A DNA stretch of 64,000 nt from a virus: the IMG/VR virus record IMGVR_UViG_3300030101_002520, positions 51,140 to 115,139 of that record; one strand, given 5' to 3'. Under the pieces are notes generated by a model, which saw nothing but the letters and a program-made list of their open reading frames with translations, ran no database searches and was not told the origin of the DNA. The position numbers and the translations under genes are program-made. This document shows, in pieces, positions 26,387-35,614 of this stretch. Positions within the stretch are counted from its first letter, which is position 1. Each line of letters begins with the position of its first letter.

Positions 26387-26560
26387 TTAAAGTTCTTCAC
26401 CAAAACATTTTTTCATTAATCTTGTTAATCTTAACTCAATGCTGGTGATTAATTCAGTTAAAGTGGTTAAAGCTAATGCTGTAACCCAGAATATTATAAT
26501 GATAATTAGTAGCATAGAACCGCTAATCATCTTAATGCAATTTAATAAAAATTTTCCCAT
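26387..26560 (-). CDS. Small membrane protein (57 aa)
   Basis: Hand-translated MGKFLLNCIKMISGSMLLIIIIIFWVTALALTTL...; starts right after the radical SAM stop. Confidence 0.45.
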   Translation of the reverse strand: MGKFLLNCIKMISGSMLLIIIIIFWVTALALTTLTELITSIELRLTRLMKKCFGEEL

Positions 26561-26561
26561 T

Positions 26562-27440
26562 TTAAAATATATATCTAATTTTATTCCAAGGTATTACGTT
26601 ATCATGTTCTTTTATAAATGCATCAATAAATTGTTCTTTTAATTTATGTTTATATCTAACGTTTCTACCTCCATACTGTGATGTTTTACTCTCCTGCAGA
26701 CTAGGTGTCCACAAATCTATTTCTTGTTTTTCTTTATGATCTATTAAGTTTTTATAATGTTTATTCTTGTTATGTGTTAAAAATATACACTCAGCATAAA
26801 CACCTTCTTCATATCTTACATTGTTATTTATTAAAGCAAATAACTCTTCATAGTCATCTAACCAGCCTTCATAAACTAATATGGGACTAAAGTTAATATG
26901 AACATCATATCCTGCTTCTTTAAACTTATCTATTGCTTGTACTCTTTCTAATATTGTTGATGTATTGGGTTCATGTAATGCACGTTTCTTTTCAGGCATC
27001 ATACTAAACCGTATTCTAATCTTCTTGTTTGGATTGTATTTAAGTAATTCTTTGTTAACATATTTAGTTGCAAAGCTTCCCATTATATCTTCATTATACT
27101 TGAAAAAATCAAATATAAATTGCCAATCATGGTATTTACAATGAAGAGCAAAGTCTTCATTACAACTAATATCATATGTAATATATTTTGGATGTGTTTG
27201 ATTTGGTTTTTTTGTTTCTAGTTTTGCAAATATAGAATGGTTGTTTATCTCTGTAAGTATTTGGTTTGCATTTGTTGCTATTGATAATCCTTCAGGCTTG
27301 TGCCTTTTCATATAACAATATGAACAATCATATAAACATCCCCAACCAAAGCTTGGAGATATAAAGTCTGTAGATCTACCCGAAGGTCTAATCTTCAGAC
27401 TTTTTCTAATATCTCTAGTGACTAATGTCATATCTTCCAC
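26562..27440 (-). CDS. Spore photoproduct lyase (SplB)-family radical SAM protein
   Basis: GCLYDCSYCYM (CxxxCxxC); FATK, RIRFSMMP, EPNTSTILERV, GYDVHINFSPI and YGGRNVRY motifs of the SPL family. Confidence 0.85.
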   Translation of the reverse strand: MEDMTLVTRDIRKSLKIRPSGRSTDFISPSFGWGCLYDCSYCYMKRHKPEGLSIATNANQILTEINNHSIFAKLETKKPNQTHPKYITYDISCNEDFALHCKYHDWQFIFDFFKYNEDIMGSFATKYVNKELLKYNPNKKIRIRFSMMPEKKRALHEPNTSTILERVQAIDKFKEAGYDVHINFSPILVYEGWLDDYEELFALINNNVRYEEGVYAECIFLTHNKNKHYKNLIDHKEKQEIDLWTPSLQESKTSQYGGRNVRYKHKLKEQFIDAFIKEHDNVIPWNKIRYIF

Positions 27441-28264
27441 TCTTCAAATGTGTCATAATCTTGCGCTTCAAGATCTGCAAATAACCCATCAGTAGTGTCA
27501 ATTGTAGGTGTAACCCAAGTTGTATCTTTCTGATGTAATCCTGCTTGACTTAATAACTCTGCAGTCATAAACTCATGAAATCTAACTTGATCACTCATCC
27601 AGGTACGTGGATGTGACTTCTTAAAAGAATGTGTAACATGATTGTAAAATGTCCATGCATTATTAAGATCAGCTGAATAATGATATGATGGATCTTTCAT
27701 CTCTGCTTTTATAACAGAAACTTGTGATGCATCAATAATCTCTTCATCTAAGAATAATCTTCCAACTAGTTCTGCCTGACTCTTTTTAGGTAGAAATATT
27801 TGTCTCATCTTATTCTTATCATCAATTAACTTATCAAAGTATTTGTTGGCTGACTTAATTTGTGAACTTATTTGAGTATGAATGTCATGATCTGCTTTAC
27901 CTGTATGTTTTCTAGCATAGTTTGCCATGTCTCCACATAACATACCATTGCTACATACATTTACGAAAGCTCCTACAGCACACTGAAACCGTGTACTTTT
28001 ATCATAAGAGTTAGTCCAGGCAAACATCATGCCCATTTCTTCATCTTTGGTAGAGGCAAGGTGATATACACCCTGCGCTACCTTTGCATTCATATTAGCT
28101 CTATATAGCTCTTTTGTGATTCTAAATCCATTATTGTCTAATAGAGTTTTAGTTGTCTCTATGACATCTTTATGAGGAATAACTGTGTAAGTTTTTCCAT
28201 GATTAGGTAGTGGAGCTGCCACTAAAAAATCTTTTGTAGTATTTATTGGTCTTGTGTATCCCAT
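27428..28264 (-). CDS. DUF932-like protein
   Basis: TYTVIPH, NSYDKS...VGAFVNVCSNGM...RKHTG, AWTFYNHVT. Confidence 0.75.
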   Translation of the reverse strand: MGYTRPINTTKDFLVAAPLPNHGKTYTVIPHKDVIETTKTLLDNNGFRITKELYRANMNAKVAQGVYHLASTKDEEMGMMFAWTNSYDKSTRFQCAVGAFVNVCSNGMLCGDMANYARKHTGKADHDIHTQISSQIKSANKYFDKLIDDKNKMRQIFLPKKSQAELVGRLFLDEEIIDASQVSVIKAEMKDPSYHYSADLNNAWTFYNHVTHSFKKSHPRTWMSDQVRFHEFMTAELLSQAGLHQKDTTWVTPTIDTTDGLFADLEAQDYDTFEEWKI

Positions 28265-28286
28265 AATTTGTTGATTTTAATGCCAG

Positions 28287-28323
28287 AGGGGAGCCGTGCA
28301 CGAACGAAATCCTTGGCTCCCTT
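28287..28323 (-). promoter_or_regulatory. GC-rich hairpin in the 5' UTR of the DUF932 gene
   Basis: 9-bp stem AGGGGAGCC/GGCTCCCCT with no U-tract, between promoter 28347 and ATG 28264. Confidence 0.5.
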
Positions 28324-28346
28324 GGACTTTATGAATTATAACATTA

Positions 28347-28354
28347 CAAATATA
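28347..28354 (-). promoter_or_regulatory. Bacteroidota -7 element TATATTTG
   Basis: Intergenic, upstream of the DUF932-SPL operon. Confidence 0.6.
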
Positions 28355-28364
28355 ATAATAAAAC

Positions 28365-30269
28365 TTATTGAAACAATAACAATTGGTTATTTTTTACACC
28401 AATTATGTTATTTATTTCTTTCTCAATTGCATTTAGATAATATTTCTCATTAATGTCATAGTCTGACCATTTTTTATTTTCTATCTTATTCATTACAGTT
28501 TGGACCCATTGCCCAGACTCTAACTGTATTTCTCTCTTATCATTCTTATTTATCTTGACTATCTTACAACCTTTATTTGAAATATAATATCTATTAATTT
28601 TTTGCAATTCATCTTGTTTAGCAACACCTTTATCTACATATATAGCATGTTGCCTCCATGCACCTTTAGATTTTGCTCCTATACAATAATCAAGAATATT
28701 TCTATTATGTTTTATTGTATATTCTGGTAAAGTTCCATCAACAAAGTAGGCATACAATGCTTTTGGAATGATCAGTTTAGACTTGTTCTTATGAAGTGCT
28801 AACCCCTCAAACTCAAATCTACCTTTACATTTAGCTTTACCATTAGTATCCACTGCTATATAGTTGTTAACATCAGCTAACACTAGTTTACTATATTGAT
28901 CATGTTCAAGATTAAGACCGGTTATCTGTTCCCACTCTTTACAAACTTCCATATAAGTATCTATATACTCACGTGGTATGATAGTTTCTACACCATCAGT
29001 ATTTTGCATGAGTGCTACAGCATCTGGTATTCTTGTCATAATCATTTCATACAACATCATTAATGTTAATTGACCATTAACAGTAATAAACATAGTAAAC
29101 TGAGGATCATATAGAAAAGAGTTCTTATCATTACTTAACCCATAGGTTGAGTTTAAGATAATTTTATATACATAGTTCATTGGATCACTCTTTGGTATCT
29201 TCTTTCTTTCATCAAAGAACCATTGATATAATTCACAAAACTTTTCTTTAGGTATATGAGCTGGTGCATACTTATTAACAATAGCTAAGTTAGGATAGAA
29301 GCTAGTAACATCCGAAGACATTATAACTCTCTGAGCATCAGACTCATATACTCCAGGTTTAGTAGCACCATGAGCACCGCCTAATCCAAAGTCAGTCTTT
29401 ACACCTTTATATATAACAGAAGATTTGAATCCTCCTTTAGTATAATTAGGATTTATTTCTACAGTTTTAAACCTTTCTAATAAATTTTTAAACTCAGGTG
29501 TTTCAAACTTAACATAGTCTAATATAAGATCCTTAACTTTAATTACATTTCTAAATGTTCTTAACTTCTTAACTTCATGTCTTGGCATGTCTAGTTCTTT
29601 ACTAAGATAGTAAGCAAAGATTTCTTTACTTATCCTTGGTTCAGATGCACTAAATAGATTAATATCATATCTTTCAGTTAAGTTCTTTCTTAATGCAATT
29701 AAAGGTTTACATCTATTAAAAACTTCTTTAGTAGCTTCTACATCATTGATACAGTATTCAATAACTAAATCTAACTGATTCTGTGTATTTATCTCTGTAT
29801 TATGATGTATAGGCATGTCTAATATATTATCCCAGTCCATGGTATATTCTATCCATTTAAGACTAGATCTCTTAGCCATATTATCCCAATGATTTAGCTT
29901 AAACACATCTATCTGTTTAATGCACATATGCCATTCAGGAAATTCTTGAAACTCATGGTTATGTGCTTTCTCTATACATTGTTGCGCATAACTATATATC
30001 TCACCGGCAATGTCTTCTCCCTCCATTAAGTCCCATTCTTTGTAATGTTTTATAATATAGTGAGTGATCTGTGCATCAAATGCTAATCCGTTATAGGATA
30101 TATGCCACTCTTTATTTTCCGTATTTTCTTTAAGAAACTCTAGGAACTTACTAAAGTCATTACGCTGTTTGCATATTGCAAAGACTTTAGTTTCTTCAGT
30201 CTTGTAGTGTTTAAATACACCAACAAAACAGTTCACTAGGGTTTCATAATCCATTACCCAGTGATTCAT
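28365..30269 (-). CDS. polB: Family B DNA polymerase with 3'-5' exonuclease
   Basis: ExoI DYE, YNGLAFD, YCINDV; Pol motifs SDVTSFYP, KIILNSTYG, NTDG. Confidence 0.92.
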   Translation of the reverse strand: MNHWVMDYETLVNCFVGVFKHYKTEETKVFAICKQRNDFSKFLEFLKENTENKEWHISYNGLAFDAQITHYIIKHYKEWDLMEGEDIAGEIYSYAQQCIEKAHNHEFQEFPEWHMCIKQIDVFKLNHWDNMAKRSSLKWIEYTMDWDNILDMPIHHNTEINTQNQLDLVIEYCINDVEATKEVFNRCKPLIALRKNLTERYDINLFSASEPRISKEIFAYYLSKELDMPRHEVKKLRTFRNVIKVKDLILDYVKFETPEFKNLLERFKTVEINPNYTKGGFKSSVIYKGVKTDFGLGGAHGATKPGVYESDAQRVIMSSDVTSFYPNLAIVNKYAPAHIPKEKFCELYQWFFDERKKIPKSDPMNYVYKIILNSTYGLSNDKNSFLYDPQFTMFITVNGQLTLMMLYEMIMTRIPDAVALMQNTDGVETIIPREYIDTYMEVCKEWEQITGLNLEHDQYSKLVLADVNNYIAVDTNGKAKCKGRFEFEGLALHKNKSKLIIPKALYAYFVDGTLPEYTIKHNRNILDYCIGAKSKGAWRQHAIYVDKGVAKQDELQKINRYYISNKGCKIVKINKNDKREIQLESGQWVQTVMNKIENKKWSDYDINEKYYLNAIEKEINNIIGVKNNQLLLFQ

Positions 30270-30271
30270 AT

Positions 30272-30460
30272 TTAATAGTTTTCATAAATACAAACATTAT
30301 CATTACATAATGAACTGTTTGTAAAATATAGTTGATTTACATTGTGACCATTATAGTTAGGATCAAAGTTTATTGCATCCCAATCACAACAAACTTGATC
30401 CTCTAACTCTCTTTCACAACTTGTAAATATTAATAATAAAAGTATTATATATTTATACAT
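30272..30460 (-). CDS. Small lipoprotein with one GCTD-like unit
   Basis: MYKYIILLLLIFTSC lipobox; CCDWDAINFDP...VCIY. Confidence 0.6.
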   Translation of the reverse strand: MYKYIILLLLIFTSCERELEDQVCCDWDAINFDPNYNGHNVNQLYFTNSSLCNDNVCIYENY

Positions 30461-30462
30461 AG

Positions 30463-31173
30463 CTACCAATTTATTGGTTCTTCACCATTATTAATTAAGT
30501 TTTCATTTATTTTTTTAAATACATTGTCTGAATCCCATTTGCCACCACGGTATGCAGCAGCTGCAGGATGTGCAACAAAATGTTTATTGTGATCATTAGG
30601 AATCATCTTTGCAAAAGGTTTAGCTTTAGCACCCATAAATACAAACTCAAGTATTTTAGGATAATCAGCTAAAGTATGTGCAAAAATAGATGAACTCCAA
30701 TTTTTCCATATCTTAACATGAGCACCAATGTTATCTACCTCACATGTTAGTGCAGTATTTAACATAAGCACGCCTTGCTTAGACCATCTACTTAGATCAC
30801 AGTCTCTGGTTGCATCTGGATACTGTGTTTGTAGTTCATCAAATATATATCTCAATGATGGTTGTTCTTTATTAGTCTTTGAACAACTAAATGCTATACC
30901 ATCAGCAACACCTTCTTGAGGATATGGATCTTGACCAACAATTATAACTTTAAGTTTTTTATATGGGCACATCTCATACGCTTTGAGTAGATCACGAAAT
31001 TTAGGTGTAAACTTCTTGCCATTATCAACTTCTTTAGCTAATTCTAATAGTGGATCAGAAAATGCTTTTGAATGTATTGTATTCCAAAGTGTTTCTGCCC
31101 AACTTGTATATGGACTTTCAGAAGCATCTGAAAGCTTATTCATAAATTTTTCTTGTATTTCTTTTATATTCAT
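30463..31173 (-). CDS. ung: Uracil-DNA glycosylase, family 1
   Basis: VIIVGQDPY, ADGIAFS, QPSL, WSKQGVLMLN, HPAA; start placed at MNIKE (31173). Confidence 0.92.
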   Translation of the reverse strand: MNIKEIQEKFMNKLSDASESPYTSWAETLWNTIHSKAFSDPLLELAKEVDNGKKFTPKFRDLLKAYEMCPYKKLKVIIVGQDPYPQEGVADGIAFSCSKTNKEQPSLRYIFDELQTQYPDATRDCDLSRWSKQGVLMLNTALTCEVDNIGAHVKIWKNWSSSIFAHTLADYPKILEFVFMGAKAKPFAKMIPNDHNKHFVAHPAAAAYRGGKWDSDNVFKKINENLINNGEEPINW

Positions 31174-31189
31174 AATGTGATTTTTGTGT

Positions 31190-31224
31190 AAAAAAAAGGG
31201 AGCCGTCACACAAACCAGCTCCCT
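31190..31224 (-). terminator. Rho-independent terminator
   Basis: AGGGAGC/GCTCCCT stem followed by a T-run on the minus strand. Confidence 0.65.
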
Positions 31225-31262
31225 AGAAAACAAAGACAGGACATTTTTAGGCTGTCCTACAC

Positions 31263-31700
31263 CTATGCCTTTTCAACTATATCAGGTTTTCCAACCGGAA
31301 TAATTTTATCTTTATCCTCTTTAGGATATAAGAAAGACTTATAATCAAATGTTTTTGAATTGATTGCAAAAGATTCTACAAATCCTTCAATCTCTTCTGG
31401 GGTAAGCAAATAGAATTCTGAAAAAGTATCAACTAATCTTCTTTCTTCCTTGTATTCTTTACCATTTGGTCTTTTACTTTTTGCTTTGATAGGATCACCA
31501 TTGTCATCTAACTTAGCTACCATGTGGTAAGATTGCTTCATTGTTTTAGTGATAACTGCCATTACATTATCTTTTTCTGAGTATATACACTCAACAAAAG
31601 GACAGCTGTTAGTTACAGGTATCATCTTAAATGCTTTAGCCATACTTTGAAAGTCTGGTGCATTTATTAATATCATATTTTTGCCAATTTTTTCGCTCAT
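31263..31700 (-). CDS. Hypothetical protein
   Basis: ORF track; has its own promoter at 31719. Confidence 0.7.
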   Translation of the reverse strand: MSEKIGKNMILINAPDFQSMAKAFKMIPVTNSCPFVECIYSEKDNVMAVITKTMKQSYHMVAKLDDNGDPIKAKSKRPNGKEYKEERRLVDTFSEFYLLTPEEIEGFVESFAINSKTFDYKSFLYPKEDKDKIIPVGKPDIVEKA

Positions 31701-31718
31701 AATATATTATTTAAAAAG

Positions 31719-31726
31719 CAAATATA
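31719..31726 (-). promoter_or_regulatory. Bacteroidota -7 element TATATTTG
   Basis: Intergenic, 18 nt before ATG 31700. Confidence 0.6.
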
Positions 31727-31731
31727 ATAAA

Positions 31732-32310
31732 TTATTTAAATAATTGAAGTTCTAGTACTTGTTTTTTAAAATCCTCTTTATCCAAATCCGGTTTATCACA
31801 TAGCTCTACAGTTTCTATTAACAGAGATACAGGTACATTTAAAATTTCAGAGTAAACATCATAATATTTTTCAGGAAATAAATAACTCTCCATATATTTA
31901 GATATAGTTCCTATATCACCAAAAAAGTCTAATATAATATCTTTAGTTAACCCAGCAAACTTTGAATATTTCCCAGCTCTAAACATTTTTATATCATGTT
32001 TAAAATAATCTAAATTAAATACAATTATTTCTAAATCATCTGTATGATGTCTTGAGTGGTAGAATTTATTAGTCTCTAAATACTTTGTAACAAATGCATT
32101 AAACTCTTGTTTGGTTCGTACCTCTTCTTCATTCTTAGTTACTTTACTAATTTGATATGCACATATTAATACATTTTCAGAATCAATAAGATCATGATTC
32201 CAAGTTATATATGTTTCTGCAGGAACAAATCTTATACCCTTTTTAATTCCTAATAAAGGGTATAAGAATACTTTGCTCTTTTGAAAATAAGATTTATAAA
32301 TTTGTTTCAT
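31732..32310 (-). CDS. Hypothetical protein
   Basis: ORF track; ATGA-coupled to the exonuclease gene. Confidence 0.7.
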   Translation of the reverse strand: MKQIYKSYFQKSKVFLYPLLGIKKGIRFVPAETYITWNHDLIDSENVLICAYQISKVTKNEEEVRTKQEFNAFVTKYLETNKFYHSRHHTDDLEIIVFNLDYFKHDIKMFRAGKYSKFAGLTKDIILDFFGDIGTISKYMESYLFPEKYYDVYSEILNVPVSLLIETVELCDKPDLDKEDFKKQVLELQLFK

Positions 32311-33299
32311 AGTGTTACATTACCGTTTGCAAAATCATATGGCAAGTCATATTTTCTTTCACTGTAGTGATAATTTGCTAACTGTAGTGCTCTATTTAAT
32401 TCATTCATCCATCTTAGTAAGGTTTCTTCTGATACAGGAAATACATAGACTTGATCATACTTATCTATAACAACAAATTTAAAAATAATTTTGTAATCTT
32501 GCTGCTTTTCATCAACATTTTTAATAACAAGTAGTGAATATACAGCTGCTTGTAGCCAATAATTGTAAAAATCTACAGTTTCTGCAAAGTTTTCTAATGG
32601 TTTTGCAGTAGTTTTAAGATCTACAATAGTTATTGTCTTTGACTCATCATCAACTATATACTTATCAACAATACCTTTTAATCCAAATTTATAATCAGAT
32701 AAATCACATTGTAATTTTTTCTCATTGTATACTTGAATGGTATCCATTTCAAAATCAGTGGCTTCTTGCATTAGTAACTTAGTTACATCATCATTAGCCC
32801 GGATTATAACAACACGATCCATACAACGTGCAAATGTATCCGCATCAATTATAGTTTTACCTGTTGTTTGTAGAAATTTAAAATACTCCTCACTCTCCTC
32901 TGTTATTATTTTATCTAGTCTTTTACTATCTTCCTTAAACGATTGATATAAATTCTCTTCTTTCAAAGCTTTTAATATCTGATCATCTAAATCTTTTAAT
33001 TTTATATAATTTTTTGGATCAACAATTTTACTGCTGACATTTCTTAATACTCTTTTTACAGAATCCGATGGCATCTTTAGTGGTGTCATCACGAATTCTT
33101 CATTAAACCTATCTGGTTCTAATAGTAGCAGGTGTATTAGTCTACCTTCTATTAGATGTTTATCCATCTTAGTTTCCCTTTCTTTAAGGATATAATCTCT
33201 ATAAAAGAGTTTGGGTGAGAATAACAATCTGTTCAAGGAAGAGTAGCTGAAGCTAAACTCTCCCTTATAAAACAGATCTTCTTTGACTTTATCTATCAT
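32307..33299 (-). CDS. PD-(D/E)xK exonuclease (RecE/ExoVIII-like)
   Basis: SYSSL, GRLIHLLLLEP, KGIVD...IVDLKTT, YWLQAAVY. Confidence 0.85.
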   Translation of the reverse strand: MIDKVKEDLFYKGEFSFSYSSLNRLLFSPKLFYRDYILKERETKMDKHLIEGRLIHLLLLEPDRFNEEFVMTPLKMPSDSVKRVLRNVSSKIVDPKNYIKLKDLDDQILKALKEENLYQSFKEDSKRLDKIITEESEEYFKFLQTTGKTIIDADTFARCMDRVVIIRANDDVTKLLMQEATDFEMDTIQVYNEKKLQCDLSDYKFGLKGIVDKYIVDDESKTITIVDLKTTAKPLENFAETVDFYNYWLQAAVYSLLVIKNVDEKQQDYKIIFKFVVIDKYDQVYVFPVSEETLLRWMNELNRALQLANYHYSERKYDLPYDFANGNVTL

Positions 33300-34558
33300 A
33301 ATCTATGTGATTCAGTATGCATATCAACAAGATCTTCCATATACTGTAGATCTTCTTGAGTTGGAATTATCTTCTCTTTAAGTTCCGGTTTTAGTTGGAT
33401 ACTTTCAGGACTGATACTAAATACATTTTTACTATCAATACCCATCTGAGATGACAATACATCATCATACATTTTTTGAGCAACTTCTTTCCAAGCAATT
33501 TCAGTTAATGCATTATCTTTAATTAGATATTCAATCAAGTAATTATAATTATGACACCAGTTCCAACCATTCATTTGTATATACTTATCAAACTTTTTCC
33601 TCACGGATTTAAAGTTAACAGTATTCCAAACAGATGAATCTCTCATAGAGTCACTTAAGAATGAAAATAATAATGCTATATATGTATGAGACTTTTGAAT
33701 ATTACAATTAGCAATGATGCTCAAAGCTAAGTTCATATTCTCTTTGTCCCTAGTACCTTGCCAACCACAACCACTTTCGGTCTTTTCCCAACCAAGCATA
33801 GTTTTAAGTTGTATATACATCTCTTCTGTTAATACTTCAGAGTCTTCTGTAGCAACATCATTAATATTACTGTCCCAAACAAGTTTTGATAGATTAGCTT
33901 GTATATCATTCCACTGATCTAATGATTCAATGTAATAATGATATTTAGTATTTCTACCTATATCTCTTGCTTTTTCACACATCTTAGAGTATCTATCAAT
34001 ATTACTAGCACCATCGTGGTAATATGAACTAAACCATTCTGATTCATATACAATATGAGCATCTGCAGGTATTTTTTTTAGTGCATTTACAACTTCATCA
34101 AAAAGATCCTCTTCAAAACAATCTTGATAAATTTGTGCCCAAGAAAGTACATCTGCAGGATCTGCTTGTGCAAGCCATCTGCTAACAAATAATCCATCAA
34201 AATACTTTTCAGATACAATACCATAGTCTGCCTGGTGAAAATCTCTTTTCAATTTAAGATCAAACTTTTCTTGTAGTATCTTTACCTTATCTCTTGATAA
34301 ACTAAGTCTAGGAAATCTATATAATGAATCAGCATTTTTAAGATCATCAGATGTAATAGTTCCAATACCATTCATTATTTCTTTGATCTTTGTGTTATTA
34401 CTTTTATTTCTATATCTACCACCACTATCACCTGATTCTATATAATGACCCAATTGTTTTACTTTAAGGCAGCCACTTTGCATTATTAAAGCATTATTTA
34501 TTTTATCCATTTTATTTGGGTCAATATCAATTAACCACAGTTGTTTTAAATCTGTCAT
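33296..34558 (-). CDS. Hypothetical protein in MoxR-vWA operon (paralog B)
   Basis: LYRFPRLSLSRDKVK...KLKRDFHQADYGIV aligns by eye with the neighbouring gene. Confidence 0.65.
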   Translation of the reverse strand: MTDLKQLWLIDIDPNKMDKINNALIMQSGCLKVKQLGHYIESGDSGGRYRNKSNNTKIKEIMNGIGTITSDDLKNADSLYRFPRLSLSRDKVKILQEKFDLKLKRDFHQADYGIVSEKYFDGLFVSRWLAQADPADVLSWAQIYQDCFEEDLFDEVVNALKKIPADAHIVYESEWFSSYYHDGASNIDRYSKMCEKARDIGRNTKYHYYIESLDQWNDIQANLSKLVWDSNINDVATEDSEVLTEEMYIQLKTMLGWEKTESGCGWQGTRDKENMNLALSIIANCNIQKSHTYIALLFSFLSDSMRDSSVWNTVNFKSVRKKFDKYIQMNGWNWCHNYNYLIEYLIKDNALTEIAWKEVAQKMYDDVLSSQMGIDSKNVFSISPESIQLKPELKEKIIPTQEDLQYMEDLVDMHTESHRL

Positions 34559-35613
34559 TTCTTAATTTTTAAATATTTTCTATACTCCTCTTTAACTTGT
34601 ACTTTAAAGGTATATAGTTCTCTATTATTAATACTAATTTCTTTACGAACAATAGGTTCAAGATACCTAAATGATTCTGCATCAAGACATTCTTCTTCCT
34701 CTAATGCTTTAATCATATCCTCAGCACTATGGCGAGCATAAGAATTAAAGTTAGCTTTATCTGCCCAATAGTTCATATCTTTATCTCTATTAAATCTATA
34801 CATATAACCATTAACTTCTTTTGCTAGTTTCCATATAAGATGTTTCTTCTTTCTATAGTCAATAGCAGGAATCATTTTTTTAACTAGTTCTCTTTCTTCC
34901 TCACTACCATGTTGAATCATTCTAATAAGATCATCCAGTAGTTGTTGATCAAGAATTGTTTTATTTGCTGACTCATTTAAACATGTCTCAGCATATATAA
35001 CAGGTATTTGTTCATGTCTAATACGATAAGCAATTTGTATAGCTAATGGTGTAATAACCCATTTTTCATACAAATCAGCATCATAATCCATAGAGTTTCT
35101 ACTATATGTTTCTGCCATCTTATCATCAAATACAATTTGAATATTAGGATCTACATTTGGTTCACCATCTTTATTAGCTAAGTTTTCACTTACACTAATA
35201 TCCATAGCTTCATAGTTCATGGCCTTAAACATCATGGTGTTAGTTCTAATTGACTCACCATCACAATGATATTTACTCCACTCATCATGGGTTACAAAGA
35301 AATCAGCTGCACTGTAATCATTTGTTACAGTAATCTTGTGCTCTCTTAATGCTTCCTTTAACCTAGGTAATGATACCGGGCATCCTGGAATTATAAAAGC
35401 TTTTTTATATTGAGTTAGATCTACTACATCTATCTCATCTTGAAACATATTTCTCATTACTTTGTAGGTATTGTTCATGTCAGAGAATATGGCTTGACCC
35501 ATATCCCAACTTTGTCTAGAAAGAGCAACCTGATATACAGGCTGCCCTTCTAAACCAAAGTCTTCTAACTGCTCTTTAATAGCACCCAAAGTACAATTAT
35601 AAACTTTACTCAT
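34555..35613 (-). CDS. Hypothetical protein in MoxR-vWA operon (paralog A)
   Basis: AFIIPGCPVSLPRLK...ITVTNDYSAADFFV (BRCT-like pattern). Confidence 0.65.
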   Translation of the reverse strand: MSKVYNCTLGAIKEQLEDFGLEGQPVYQVALSRQSWDMGQAIFSDMNNTYKVMRNMFQDEIDVVDLTQYKKAFIIPGCPVSLPRLKEALREHKITVTNDYSAADFFVTHDEWSKYHCDGESIRTNTMMFKAMNYEAMDISVSENLANKDGEPNVDPNIQIVFDDKMAETYSRNSMDYDADLYEKWVITPLAIQIAYRIRHEQIPVIYAETCLNESANKTILDQQLLDDLIRMIQHGSEEERELVKKMIPAIDYRKKKHLIWKLAKEVNGYMYRFNRDKDMNYWADKANFNSYARHSAEDMIKALEEEECLDAESFRYLEPIVRKEISINNRELYTFKVQVKEEYRKYLKIKK

Positions 35614-35614
35614 T

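Noticed and set aside
12002-30269. Introns or inteins in nrdJ or polB
   Set aside because: Both are compact and uninterrupted, with no splice motifs seen.
30463-31173. Uracil-substituted genome
   Set aside because: An intact family 1 UDG argues against dU-containing DNA.
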